Source: Nitrososphaerota archaeon (GTDB taxonomy: Archaea; Thermoproteota; Nitrososphaeria; Nitrososphaerales; Nitrosopumilaceae). Taken from it: 64,000 bases of DNA. The notes below the pieces were generated by a model. It saw nothing but the letters and a program-made list of their open reading frames with translations, was not told the origin of the DNA and did no database searches. The position numbers and the translations under genes are program-made. This document shows positions 37,022 to 46,991 of this stretch, one piece after another (the first letter of the stretch is position 1; each line of letters starts with the position of its first letter). The stretch covers positions 1,028,727-1,092,726 of the forward strand of contig JAGWFT010000001.1 in NCBI GenBank assembly GCA_028867755.1. The letters are read 5' to 3'.

Positions 37022-37804
37022 ATGAAAGATAAAGACGCTCGGTCAGGGGCTCAAGTAATGCTAAACAAGGTTCCCGAAATCACGTTGTTTTTTTGGGCAA
37101 TAAAGATCCTATGCACCACGGTTGGTGAAACGGGTGCAGATTTTTTGAATACAAAGTTGAATCTTGGACTAGACGGAGTAACGTTAATCATTGGAACAAT
37201 GCTTGCTGTAGCACTAATCTTTCAATTCAAATTCAAAAAATATGTGCCTGGAATTTACTGGCTTGCAGTTGTTCTAATAAGCATAGTGGGAACCCTCATC
37301 ACAGATAATTTGACTGATAACCTTGGGATATCTTTGATGATCTCTACCATAATCTTCACCGTCTTGCTTTCAATAGTCTTTGCTGTTTGGTATAAGAAAG
37401 AAAAAACATTGTCAATACATACAATCATCACTACAAGAAGAGAGGCGTTTTATTGGCTAGCCATTCTGTTTACATTTGCACTTGGAACCGCTGCAGGGGA
37501 TCTATTAGCTGAGACCATAAACCTTGGCTACCTGCTCTCTGCAATCATTTTTGGTGTTCTAATTGCATCTGTTGCGATAAGTCATTTTGTTTTCAAGGTA
37601 AATGCTATTTTGGCATTTTGGATAGTATACATTCTAACTCGTCCTCTTGGGGCCTCTATAGGTGACTATCTCTCGCAAGATTTGAGTAACGGTGGCCTGG
37701 GATTGGGAACTGTAATAACAAGCATGATTTTCCTTGTTACGATCTTAGCTACAGTCATCTATCTAACGGTAACAAAAAAAGATGTCATTAGGAAACAGAC
37801 TTGA
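37022..37804 (+). CDS. COG4705/DUF347-repeat membrane protein
   Basis: NKVPEITLFFWAIKILCTTVGETGAD, GTLITDNL, REAFYW, TFALGTAAGD, YILTRPLGASIGD. Confidence 0.85.
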   Translation: MKDKDARSGAQVMLNKVPEITLFFWAIKILCTTVGETGADFLNTKLNLGLDGVTLIIGTMLAVALIFQFKFKKYVPGIYWLAVVLISIVGTLITDNLTDNLGISLMISTIIFTVLLSIVFAVWYKKEKTLSIHTIITTRREAFYWLAILFTFALGTAAGDLLAETINLGYLLSAIIFGVLIASVAISHFVFKVNAILAFWIVYILTRPLGASIGDYLSQDLSNGGLGLGTVITSMIFLVTILATVIYLTVTKKDVIRKQT

Positions 37805-37906
37805 ATCATGTAGGCCATAAAGTTAAGTCTCTTCTTTAATTTACTATTCAAGATACGGAAAATGTATTTTAAAAAATGACAGTATATTGTCCTAGATTAA
37901 AAGGGA

Positions 37907-37979
37907 TGGATCGGAAGGGATTTGAACCCCTGACCACTGCAGTGTGAGTGCGGTATCCTACCAGCTAGACCACCGATCC
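37907..37979 (-). tRNA. trnV: tRNA-Val (CAC)
   Basis: Acceptor GGATCGG/CCGATCC, anticodon loop CTCACAC, T loop TTCAAAT; C-A mismatch in the anticodon stem; CCA not encoded. Confidence 0.93.
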
Positions 37980-38104
37980 AAGCCTTCTGGAAAGCATGTA
38001 CCTATTTTGTCTTTGCACAAAACCATTACCTAATCAAGAAAAAGTTTTTCCATTCTCATGAACTTGCTTATATGGCATAAGGTTTAATTCAACAACAAGA
38101 TCAA

Positions 38105-39964
38105 GTGCAGAACATGCGTATATTGCAGCTTCACTGCGATTACATCGAGTTTACTCCAGTTAAAAAAGAAATCAAATCAGCAGAAGAAATCGACCCTCAA
38201 TCAAAACACTTTGATGAAATAGTAGTAGCTTTTGTTGCAGTTGAAGATGGAGACAATTCAGAAGTAGCAAAAAAAGCAATGAATGAAATTTCTGAATCCA
38301 TGAAAAAAGTTGGCTGCGGCAAGCTATTGTTATATCCTTACGCACATCTAAGCTCAAAACTAGCATCACCTAGTACGGCACTATCAATTCTAAAAGAAAT
38401 GGGAGAAAAAAGAGATGGTCTTGAGATCAATAGAGCTCCATTTGGATGGACAAAATCATACAAGATTCAGGTAAAGGGCCACCCACTTGCAGAGAATTCC
38501 AAGACCATTTCAGCTGGCGAGGAAAAAGAATCTACTTCGGAGGCATTAAAGGCAGAATCCAAGATCCAGTCCTTCTGGCACATCATGACACCTGACGGCA
38601 AGATGCATGATATTGACAAGTTTAATTTCGCAAAATATCAGAGTTTAGAGGTTCTTGCAAAATACGAGTCTGCAAAAAAGCGTTCAGTGGATGAGCCTCC
38701 ACCGCATGTAAAACTAATGAAAAAATTAGCTATTGCCGATTATGAACCAGCTTCTGATGCAGGCAATATGCGATTTTTCCCAAATGGCAGGCTAATGAAA
38801 TCGCTCATTGAAAGATATGTTACAGATAAAGTAGTAGAATATGGCGGGTTTGAGGTGGAGACACCCATCATGTATGATTCGCACCACCCAAGCATGGAAA
38901 GTTATTTCAACAGATTTCCTGCAAGACAATACAACGTAAACTCTGAAGGAAAACAGCTCTTCTTGAGGTTTGCAGCATGTTTTGGACAGTTTCTCATGGC
39001 TAAAGACTTTCAAATGTCATACAAGAATCTCCCGCTAAGGTTGTACGAGCTTACTCGCTATAGTTTTAGAAGAGAGCAATCTGGAGAATTAGTGGGACTT
39101 CGAAGACTCAGGGCGTTTACCATGCCAGATTGCCATGCAATGTGTAAGGATATGGAGCAGGCAAAAGAAGAATTTCGAAAAAGATTTGATTTGTCACGCC
39201 AAGTAATCCGAGGTCTTGGAATGAATGAATCAGAGTTTGAGATGGCAATAAGATTTACAGAGGAGTTTTACAACGAAAACAGGCCACTTGTGGAGGAGCT
39301 TGTCAGTAAGATAGGAAAACCAGTGCTAGTAGAGATGTGGAAGGAGAGATTTTTCTATTTTGTTCTCAAATGGGAATTTAACTATGTAGACAGTTCAGGT
39401 AAAGCTTCTGCCCTGTCAACAGACCAAATCGATGTTGAGAATGGCAAGAGGTACAATATTGAGTTCATCGATGAGAACAACAAGCCGCAAAATCCAATCA
39501 TACTACACAACTCTCCAAGCGGGGCAGTAGAGCGTGTGATATATGTATTGCTTGAAAAGGCTGCAAAAGATCAAAGAGAAGGACGAAAGCCTGGGCTGCC
39601 CTTGTGGCTTGCGCCAACTCAGGTAAGAGTAATTCCAGTAAAACCAGAGTTTCTTGACTATTGTGAAAAACTAGCTGAAAAAATATCGCAAAATGATATT
39701 CGGGTAGACTTGGATGACAGAAATGAGAGCGTTGGCAAGAGTATTAGAGATGCAGAAACAGACTGGATAAGATACATCATAGTAATTGGGGAAAAAGAAG
39801 TGAGTGCGACCAAACTAAGTATTAGAGACAGAAAGACTGGAACTGTTAAGGAGCTTGCAGTAGATGAGCTTGTCAAAGAGATCAAAGAGGAGACAAATGG
39901 TATGCCATTTTTGAGGATGAATATGAGTAGATATGTCTCAAAGAGACCTCAGATAATGGTCTAG
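38105..39964 (+). CDS. thrS: Threonyl-tRNA synthetase (archaeal type with N-terminal editing domain)
   Basis: LQLHCD, YPYAHLS, LRFAACFG, FRREQSGEL, LHNSPSG, WLAPTQVR. Confidence 0.97.
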   Translation: MQNMRILQLHCDYIEFTPVKKEIKSAEEIDPQSKHFDEIVVAFVAVEDGDNSEVAKKAMNEISESMKKVGCGKLLLYPYAHLSSKLASPSTALSILKEMGEKRDGLEINRAPFGWTKSYKIQVKGHPLAENSKTISAGEEKESTSEALKAESKIQSFWHIMTPDGKMHDIDKFNFAKYQSLEVLAKYESAKKRSVDEPPPHVKLMKKLAIADYEPASDAGNMRFFPNGRLMKSLIERYVTDKVVEYGGFEVETPIMYDSHHPSMESYFNRFPARQYNVNSEGKQLFLRFAACFGQFLMAKDFQMSYKNLPLRLYELTRYSFRREQSGELVGLRRLRAFTMPDCHAMCKDMEQAKEEFRKRFDLSRQVIRGLGMNESEFEMAIRFTEEFYNENRPLVEELVSKIGKPVLVEMWKERFFYFVLKWEFNYVDSSGKASALSTDQIDVENGKRYNIEFIDENNKPQNPIILHNSPSGAVERVIYVLLEKAAKDQREGRKPGLPLWLAPTQVRVIPVKPEFLDYCEKLAEKISQNDIRVDLDDRNESVGKSIRDAETDWIRYIIVIGEKEVSATKLSIRDRKTGTVKELAVDELVKEIKEETNGMPFLRMNMSRYVSKRPQIMV

Positions 39965-40138
39965 AATAAGATTCTGCTCAGAAAACTATTGATGCCTTTA
40001 GGATTAATTATAATTTCATTCGAGAGCATAGTTCAATCAAGAAAACTCCTGCGGAACAAGCAGGAATAAAGTTAGATTTAGGTCAGAATAGGATGAAAAT
40101 CTAATTAAATTAGCATCAAAGATGATAAGAGAATAAAA

Positions 40139-40737
40139 TTATGTTATAATGGAATTATCATGCAATATAATCTCAGTACGATCAAAATGTCCTTCCATTC
40201 TATATTGATATTTTTGGTTATTGGTATGACTGGTGTACCAAATTATCAATCCAAAATAACAGGTATTAGAGGATAACATGGCGTTGAGATGAAAACCTTA
40301 CTCATTGGAATGTCTACACCATATGATTCCTGTGGGGCGAGTGGAGCTTCAGTTTTTCCATCAGGAAATCCATCCAATTCAGATGTTTTTAGATTTGATT
40401 CTGTACCATTTTCTACAATTTTCACATAGTACTCAGTTCTAACATTAGTAGCAGGGAGAGAGCCAAAATTTTTGATACGAAATAATGCCTTAGTATGTAA
40501 TTTCATTTGTTCAATATCTTCTTTAGGAAAAGTCATATGCATTCTTGATAATGATGGTCGGTACCTGATTCTCAATTCCTCTTTTAGTAAATTATTAGAT
40601 TGACCAGTTCGTACAGCCGTCACTATGGCTACACTTAAGGTAGCAACAACTAACGCAATCTGTACTCCTAATTCAAATTCACCTATTTTTAATCACCAGT
40701 AGGAAATATACCACATAGAAAATAAGCATATCATCAA
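40139..40737 (-). pseudogene. Degraded membrane-anchored hypothetical protein
   Basis: In-frame TGA at 40693-40695 between two hydrophobic segments; a frameshift in a T4 run (40292-40295) switches to HLNAMLSSNTCYFGLIIWYT...; stop at 40139. Confidence 0.5.
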
Positions 40738-40840
40738 AATCCCGATAAGTTAGTGGAAGTATATTTCACAATACTTAATAGATAAACGACAAAAATCAGA
40801 AATTAATTACATTTCATAATGTGTTAAACAGGTTTTCTAG

Positions 40841-41728
40841 TTATTTGTGAGAAAGATTCATGGCTATGACTTCTGCCATCAATTTTGCAGCAATAGAAGC
40901 GGTTGCCCCATTGTCATATGGAGGACATAATTCCACAATATCCATGCATCTAATCGTGTTGTTTTCCATCGCATATACCATGTCAAACAACTCACGTGAT
41001 GTAATGCCAAGCGCCTCTGGGTTTCCAACACCTGGGGCAAATGCAGGGTCAAGTACATCCAAATCGATGCTCAGATATACCCTATCAAATGTCGAGAGGG
41101 CATCTTTTACAAGTTTTGGCCCCTTGCCATCCCTAATGTCTTTATCAGTTACTGTTCTAACCTTATGTTCAGTTTTGAAAGCAAGCTCTTCGCTTACAAA
41201 AGAGCGCGCACCAACATGTACGATATTATCAGCACCACGTTTTTCAATAATTCTTCTAAGATATGCCGCATGACTTAGCTTGATGTCTGCATATTCGTCT
41301 CTTAGATCATAATGTGCGTCAAATACGATATATCCAGTATCTTTTGGAAAGCTCATGTATGTTCCATATGTGATGAGATGCTCGCCACCCAGTATTATGA
41401 GCTGTTTATTGCGCAAGACAAGCTCTGATGTTATCTTTCCTATCATATCAAGCACCTCGGTTGCCACTACAGTGTGTCTTGTATTTCCAAGATCTTCCAC
41501 ATTTACAGATTCCAAATCAACGTTGAACCTATTTGAAAAGATCTCAATGTTGTTAAACGCAAGTCTGATTGCATCAGGACCAAACCTGGTTCCTGGTCTA
41601 AAAGAGTGTGTTGAATCAAATGGAATCCCATATACTATTGCTGAAACATCACCTTTTTCGTTTGGACTAGTAATCAGAGGATTTCGATTCATGTACAAAT
41701 CAGTGAAACTCATCAAAAACGCTGACAT
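40841..41728 (-). CDS. speB: Agmatinase
   Basis: RPGTRFGP, GGEHLIT, DAHYDL, IDLDVLDPAFAPG, ELCPPYD. Confidence 0.93.
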   Translation of the reverse strand: MSAFLMSFTDLYMNRNPLITSPNEKGDVSAIVYGIPFDSTHSFRPGTRFGPDAIRLAFNNIEIFSNRFNVDLESVNVEDLGNTRHTVVATEVLDMIGKITSELVLRNKQLIILGGEHLITYGTYMSFPKDTGYIVFDAHYDLRDEYADIKLSHAAYLRRIIEKRGADNIVHVGARSFVSEELAFKTEHKVRTVTDKDIRDGKGPKLVKDALSTFDRVYLSIDLDVLDPAFAPGVGNPEALGITSRELFDMVYAMENNTIRCMDIVELCPPYDNGATASIAAKLMAEVIAMNLSHK

Positions 41729-41956
41729 TATACCTGAGATATAATGTTATGGAAATTGAATTGCAGTATCACAAGTTCTGCAAAAATGTAATCCTGTCAT
41801 GATTACACAGTTGGCGAGAACGCCATGATGGGGTTTAATCGATAGGCCAAAAAATTAACCTACGCGTTCTCGTCACGGTTTATTGCAGGAATTACTATTT
41901 ATTGGTAGATTAACTTGGTTAACTCTGATCTCAAGAGATACATGGTATCAAGAAAA

Positions 41957-42124
41957 TTAGTTCAGGATTAGGGTGCCATCAAGGGTTTCACAGCCTATGT
42001 GAAACTGGGATTCGCTAGGCTTGTTGCATGATCTACATACCATGCTGATCACTTCATTGCATGTACTACAGCGTTGAAATTCTTTCATATCTTCACCGCA
42101 AGTTCTACATGAATCCATTCTCAT
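41957..42124 (-). CDS. 55-aa two-Zn microprotein (3 x CxxC + HxxC)
   Basis: Manual translation MRMDSCRTCGEDMKEFQRCSTCNEVISMVCRSCNKPSESQFHIGCETLDGTLILN. Confidence 0.72.
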   Translation of the reverse strand: MRMDSCRTCGEDMKEFQRCSTCNEVISMVCRSCNKPSESQFHIGCETLDGTLILN

Positions 42125-42212
42125 ATATACAAAATTTACAAAATCCTCTTATAAATTGTATTAATATTAGTCTTGACTAACAGAGTGAAAAATACTTGCT
42201 AAACAGACCACC

Positions 42213-43622
42213 TCAGGACGATAACAGTCTCTTTCTTATCAATTCAAGTGTGGTGCCAGGACTTGCTTTTCCCTTTGTCTTTTTCATGACCTTGCCTACG
42301 ATATAGTTTACTGTATCAGGATTCTGCTTTGCCTCTAATACTGCCTTTTCCTCTTCTTTGAATACTTCATCTATTATTTTTTCAAGAGATGATACATCAC
42401 TTACATTGCCCAAGTCAAGACTTGATTTTACATCAGACAAGGATTTTCCTGTCTTTACCATCTCTTGGAGTGCAATCTTGCCAGAGTTTCTTGTTATAGT
42501 GCCATTCAAAATTGCATCTGCCAAATCGGATATATGTTTTGGAGTTATTTTCAGATCCAGTTTCTTTTCCCTAGTATCTGCAAAACCCATCAAGTCTGTT
42601 GTTATTATATTTGCTATTTCTTTTGCGTTAGTATCAGTATGGGCATTTTCAAATAAATCAGAATAAAACTTGTCTGATGATAGAACATCTGCAACTTGTG
42701 GCGGAATGCCATATTTTTGTGCATAGCGTTCCTTTTTAGCAATGATGCTTTCAGGCATGTTTTCTTTGAGTGCAGCAATTTTGTTTTGTGCTATCTGTAT
42801 TATTGGAATATCGGCTTCAGGAAGATAACGATAGTCTTGTTCTTCCTCTTTTGACCTTGATGAAACTGTGATCTTTCTTGCTTCATCCCAATGCCTTGTT
42901 TCTGCTACCACAGGTATGTTTCTTTCAACCAAGCTTTGTTGTCTTGTTATTTCAAAATGCAGTGCTTTTTCTATATCGCGAAATGACCCTACGTTTTTTA
43001 TCTCAACCCTATTTGCTTTTTCAACAGATATGTTACCATCTACTCTCATGGCACCCTCAAGATACGGATCTGAAACACCAAGATTTTCTACCAAATCTGC
43101 AAGAACGTTAAGAAAGATACGAACTTGTTTTGGGTTTTCAAAGTCGGGTTCTGTCACTATCTCCACTAGTGGCGCTCCTGCCCTGTTATAATCAACAAGC
43201 GTAATCTGCGTTTTCTCCGAGCTTCCCTCATACACCAGCCTGCCAGGGTCTTCTTCTAGCTGTATCCTCCTTATCCTGATTTTTTTTTCTTCTATCTGTA
43301 CTACACCGTCTGAGCCTATGCTTGTTGGCCCGTATGCGTTGTATTGAGTGATTTGAAAGCCCTTTGGAAGATCAGGATAAAAATAATTTTTTCTAAAAAA
43401 GCTTATCTGCTCTGGGATTTTGCATCCAAGGGCAAGTGAGATCATTGTGGCTTTCTCTACTGCTTTTTTGTTAAGTATCGGCAATGAGCCTGGAAGACCA
43501 ATGCAGACAGGGCAGATGTTTGAATTTGGCGACAGGTTTCTGTAATCTGCCTTGCAACTGCAGAACAGCTTGCTTTCAAGCTTTGTTAGTTGACAATGTA
43601 TTTCAAGCCCTATCTTTGTCAA
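42213..43622 (-). CDS. gatB: Asp/Glu-tRNA amidotransferase subunit B
   Basis: IGLEIHCQL, RKNYFYPDLPKGFQITQ, DYNRAGAPLVEIV, DYRYLPE. Confidence 0.97.
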   Translation of the reverse strand: MTKIGLEIHCQLTKLESKLFCSCKADYRNLSPNSNICPVCIGLPGSLPILNKKAVEKATMISLALGCKIPEQISFFRKNYFYPDLPKGFQITQYNAYGPTSIGSDGVVQIEEKKIRIRRIQLEEDPGRLVYEGSSEKTQITLVDYNRAGAPLVEIVTEPDFENPKQVRIFLNVLADLVENLGVSDPYLEGAMRVDGNISVEKANRVEIKNVGSFRDIEKALHFEITRQQSLVERNIPVVAETRHWDEARKITVSSRSKEEEQDYRYLPEADIPIIQIAQNKIAALKENMPESIIAKKERYAQKYGIPPQVADVLSSDKFYSDLFENAHTDTNAKEIANIITTDLMGFADTREKKLDLKITPKHISDLADAILNGTITRNSGKIALQEMVKTGKSLSDVKSSLDLGNVSDVSSLEKIIDEVFKEEEKAVLEAKQNPDTVNYIVGKVMKKTKGKASPGTTLELIRKRLLSS

Positions 43623-45070
43623 ACTGGCACCTCCGGAAGATGTGTTGTCTGTTGTAATGCATATGCTGCCTGCAACAAATTCTTGTCTTGAAATGAATTT
43701 GCAAAAATTTGGATTCCTATTGGAAGCCCAGAACTAGAGATTGCAAATGGCACAGAAATGGCTGGAATCCCAGTCAAGTTAGCCATGATGGTGTTAGCAT
43801 CAAGCAAATAAAGCGTCAGAGGATCATCTATTTTTTCTCCAATTTTGAAAGGCAGTATTGGCATGGTTGGTGCAACAAGAAAATCAACTTTTTTGAATGC
43901 ATCGTCAATTTGAGATTTCATCATTGCCCTCACCTTTTGGGCTTTTAGGTAATACTTGCCGTAATATCCTGCAGATAGCACAAATGCACCAAGCAACATC
44001 CTACGTGTTACCTCTGGCCCAAAATTACTTCTCACTTTTGACACGTATGCCTTGAACTCATAGCCTTCGGTGCCAAGATCAAATCCGTATCTCAAATTGT
44101 CGTATCTTGAGAGATTACTACTTGCTTCTGCTGACGCAATGGTATAATACGCTGCTACAGAGTGCTCTACTGAATCAAGTGATATTGGAATACACTCAGC
44201 CTCAAGATCTTGAAATTTTGATACAGCTGCGTTTGTTGCAGAGGATACCTCCTTGTCTACCCCATCCCCTGTCATTTGGGATACAAGGCCAATTTTTTTT
44301 CCTTTCACCCCAGCATTCAAATCTTGAAGGTAGTCTACTCTTCCTTTTTCCACGGTGGTATCATCGTGTGAGTCATGGCCTGAGATTGTATTCATGATCA
44401 AGGCAATATCTTCAACTTTTCTTGCAACTGGTCCTATCTGCTCTATACTGTTAGCATAAGAAACAAGACCGTATCGGCTCACAAGACCATAAGTTGGTTT
44501 TAGTCCCACCACAGAACAAAAACTCGCAGGACTTCGGACTGAACCACCAGTATCAGAACCAAGCGATGCAACGCATTCAAGAGCGCTAACAGATACACCA
44601 CTTCCGCCTGATGATCCTCCTGGCACATATTCCACGTTCCAAGGATTTCTGCTCGGTCCAAAGCAGCTAAATTCTGTAGTGGAGCCCATAGCAAATTCAT
44701 CAAGGTTTACTTTTCCAATTATTATTGCATCATCTTGCTTGAGTCTTGATACTACGGTTGCGTCATATGGTGCAATAAAATTCTCTAGCATTTTTGACGC
44801 GCATGTAGTTCTAATGCCCGAAGTGCAAATATTGTCTTTAATTGATATTGGCATGCCAAAAAGCGCGCCGATTCTTTCTTTTGCTTTTATTTTTTTATCA
44901 ATGATTCTTGCTTGGTTTAGGGCATTTTGTTCATCGATTGTAATGTAGGCATGGACTTTGCCTTCAACTGTACGAATACGATCTAGTGTCTTTGCGATAA
45001 ATTCTTCAGCAGATATTTGGCCGTTACGTATCTGTGACACATACTCTGTTGCGGAAATTCCAAGATTCAT
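43619..45070 (-). CDS. gatA: Asp/Glu-tRNA amidotransferase subunit A
   Basis: IKDNI, GGSSGGS, GSDTGGSVR, YGLVSRYG. Confidence 0.97.
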   Translation of the reverse strand: MNLGISATEYVSQIRNGQISAEEFIAKTLDRIRTVEGKVHAYITIDEQNALNQARIIDKKIKAKERIGALFGMPISIKDNICTSGIRTTCASKMLENFIAPYDATVVSRLKQDDAIIIGKVNLDEFAMGSTTEFSCFGPSRNPWNVEYVPGGSSGGSGVSVSALECVASLGSDTGGSVRSPASFCSVVGLKPTYGLVSRYGLVSYANSIEQIGPVARKVEDIALIMNTISGHDSHDDTTVEKGRVDYLQDLNAGVKGKKIGLVSQMTGDGVDKEVSSATNAAVSKFQDLEAECIPISLDSVEHSVAAYYTIASAEASSNLSRYDNLRYGFDLGTEGYEFKAYVSKVRSNFGPEVTRRMLLGAFVLSAGYYGKYYLKAQKVRAMMKSQIDDAFKKVDFLVAPTMPILPFKIGEKIDDPLTLYLLDANTIMANLTGIPAISVPFAISSSGLPIGIQIFANSFQDKNLLQAAYALQQTTHLPEVPV

Positions 45071-45346
45071 TCAGATCATCTTGGGAGCCCGAACAAAACT
45101 ATTTTGGTCTCTCTTCAATTTACTGATGAGCGACATGCCATCAGTCATAAATGGCTCATGTTTGTCTTCTCTTAGACTCTCATACGGTATCTCTTTTCTG
45201 AGCGTTTTGTCAGAATCATACTCTACTTTATCTAAATTGTTAAAATAATTTAAAATTTGATCAACTTGATGAATATATTTTTCTGGATCTTGTAATTCAA
45301 CTTTGACCAAATCGCCAAGATGTTCGATTTCTTTTCTATCTACCAT
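45071..45346 (-). CDS. gatC: Asp/Glu-tRNA amidotransferase subunit C
   Basis: Position in the operon; LREDK and FVRAPKM. Confidence 0.9.
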   Translation of the reverse strand: MVDRKEIEHLGDLVKVELQDPEKYIHQVDQILNYFNNLDKVEYDSDKTLRKEIPYESLREDKHEPFMTDGMSLISKLKRDQNSFVRAPKMI

Positions 45347-45355
45347 TTTAATTCA

Positions 45356-46771
45356 CTACGGTGTAAGTCTATCAACGTCTCTTGGATAAAATGTGGTATC
45401 CCTTATGTTTTCCGTGCCAGTTAGAGCCATCATCAGACGTTCTAAACCTATACCGCAACCAGCATGTGGAGGAACTCCATAGTCAAAGACCTTGAGATGG
45501 TAATCAAATGCATCAAGCTTAAAGCCTTTGTTCTTCATCCTTTCTTCAAGTTCGTTTCTTTTCTCAATTCTTGTACTGCCAGAAGACAATTCAAGATCAC
45601 CGAACATCAAATCAAATGATTCTGAAATTTTTGGATCATCTTTTTTTGCTTTGACATAAAATGGCTTTGGGGCAAGCGGCCAATCTTTAACAAAATAAAA
45701 CCCTGTTACGTCTATTTTTCTTAGTTGCGAGGGGTAAAGATCGTCTCCCCATTCAATTTTTGCCCCAACATTTTTCATTTTATCAACAAGTTCAGAATAC
45801 GAGTATTGAGGTATAGTACTTGGAACTTCGGGCACCTGATACTCAAATCCTGTGAGTGTGGCGACATAATCTTTTACTACTTTAATTGACTTTATTATGA
45901 TATTTTCAATATGCTTCATTATGTCATTATAATCTACAAATGCCTCTTCAAGATCTATTGAGATTGCTTCTGACAAATGCCTGTTGGTTCTAGACGGTTC
46001 TGCCCTAAATATTGGTGCAATCTCAAAAACTTTTTCAAATCCTAATGTCAATTGTTCTTTGTAAAGCTGTGGGCTCTGAGCAAGAAATGCTTCCTTATTA
46101 TAATAAAATATTGGAAATAATGCAGCGCCTCCCTCGGTTGCAGTAGCAATCATCTTTGGAGTATTAACTTCAAGAAAACTCTTGTCATAAAGATATTCTC
46201 TAATGGATTTTAGAACAAGGCTTCTCATTTTGAATACATGTTGTAATACATTTCGTCTCAAGTCTATTGCACGAATCTCAAGCCTAGTGTCGATGTTTGC
46301 GACAGTTTTTGTCTGCCAAGTAAACGGTGCAATTTTTTCTACACTTGAAAATATTTTCATTTCAGATGGAATTATTTCAGCACCATGCGGAGCCTTGTTT
46401 GATGGTTTAACAATTCCTTTCACTGCTATGGTTGATTGTTCTTTTATTTTTCCAAGTGCATTTTTTATATCATCTGAACAAACTCCAGATTTTGCCGTAA
46501 TTTGCATTTCTCCATCTTTGTCATTTAACATAACAAACACCAAATTTCCATGGTCACGCACACTTGATACCCACCCCATAACCGTTACTTCTTTTCCTTC
46601 AAGAGATGGATTGATTTCATTAGAATATGTAGTTCTTCGCCAATTTCCAAGTTCTGTATCTATCATTCTTTTCACCAAATGTGCTCTTGTTAGTGTTAAT
46701 TTATGTATCGAGTGGTTCGAATAATTCTCTAAATCTTGGCGGATGTACAAAATATCAACCAAGAAGATCAA
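45356..46771 (-). CDS. aspS: Non-discriminating aspartyl-tRNA synthetase
   Basis: GWV, ATEGGA, LAQSPQLYKEQ, FRAEPS, GLERL; KAPHG loop. Real start probably near 46667-46679. Confidence 0.96.
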   Translation of the reverse strand: MIFLVDILYIRQDLENYSNHSIHKLTLTRAHLVKRMIDTELGNWRRTTYSNEINPSLEGKEVTVMGWVSSVRDHGNLVFVMLNDKDGEMQITAKSGVCSDDIKNALGKIKEQSTIAVKGIVKPSNKAPHGAEIIPSEMKIFSSVEKIAPFTWQTKTVANIDTRLEIRAIDLRRNVLQHVFKMRSLVLKSIREYLYDKSFLEVNTPKMIATATEGGAALFPIFYYNKEAFLAQSPQLYKEQLTLGFEKVFEIAPIFRAEPSRTNRHLSEAISIDLEEAFVDYNDIMKHIENIIIKSIKVVKDYVATLTGFEYQVPEVPSTIPQYSYSELVDKMKNVGAKIEWGDDLYPSQLRKIDVTGFYFVKDWPLAPKPFYVKAKKDDPKISESFDLMFGDLELSSGSTRIEKRNELEERMKNKGFKLDAFDYHLKVFDYGVPPHAGCGIGLERLMMALTGTENIRDTTFYPRDVDRLTP

Positions 46772-46991
46772 GACGAGCCAACTTGTGATTTAAAATATAT
46801 TTTTCCACTATTGGCGTTGACCAAATGTTGCTCATCACTCTATATCATAATTTAGTAATATATGAAAAATTTCATAAAATTTGAAATAATCGATGCAATT
46901 ATTTCCATAAAATGGAGTAATTCACCAAAAAGTTATAATCTAGCATGTTATTTCCCATATATGGAGAATAAGTGTTTGTTTATCGATATTT

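Noticed and set aside
27673-38000. Segment between the two tRNAs as an integrated element
   Set aside because: No integrase, no duplicated tRNA 3' end, and it contains core genes such as ilvA.
41735-41860. Minus-strand stretch encoding MTGLHFCRTCDTAIQFP
   Set aside because: Only 17 codons from the ATG, with a single CxxC.
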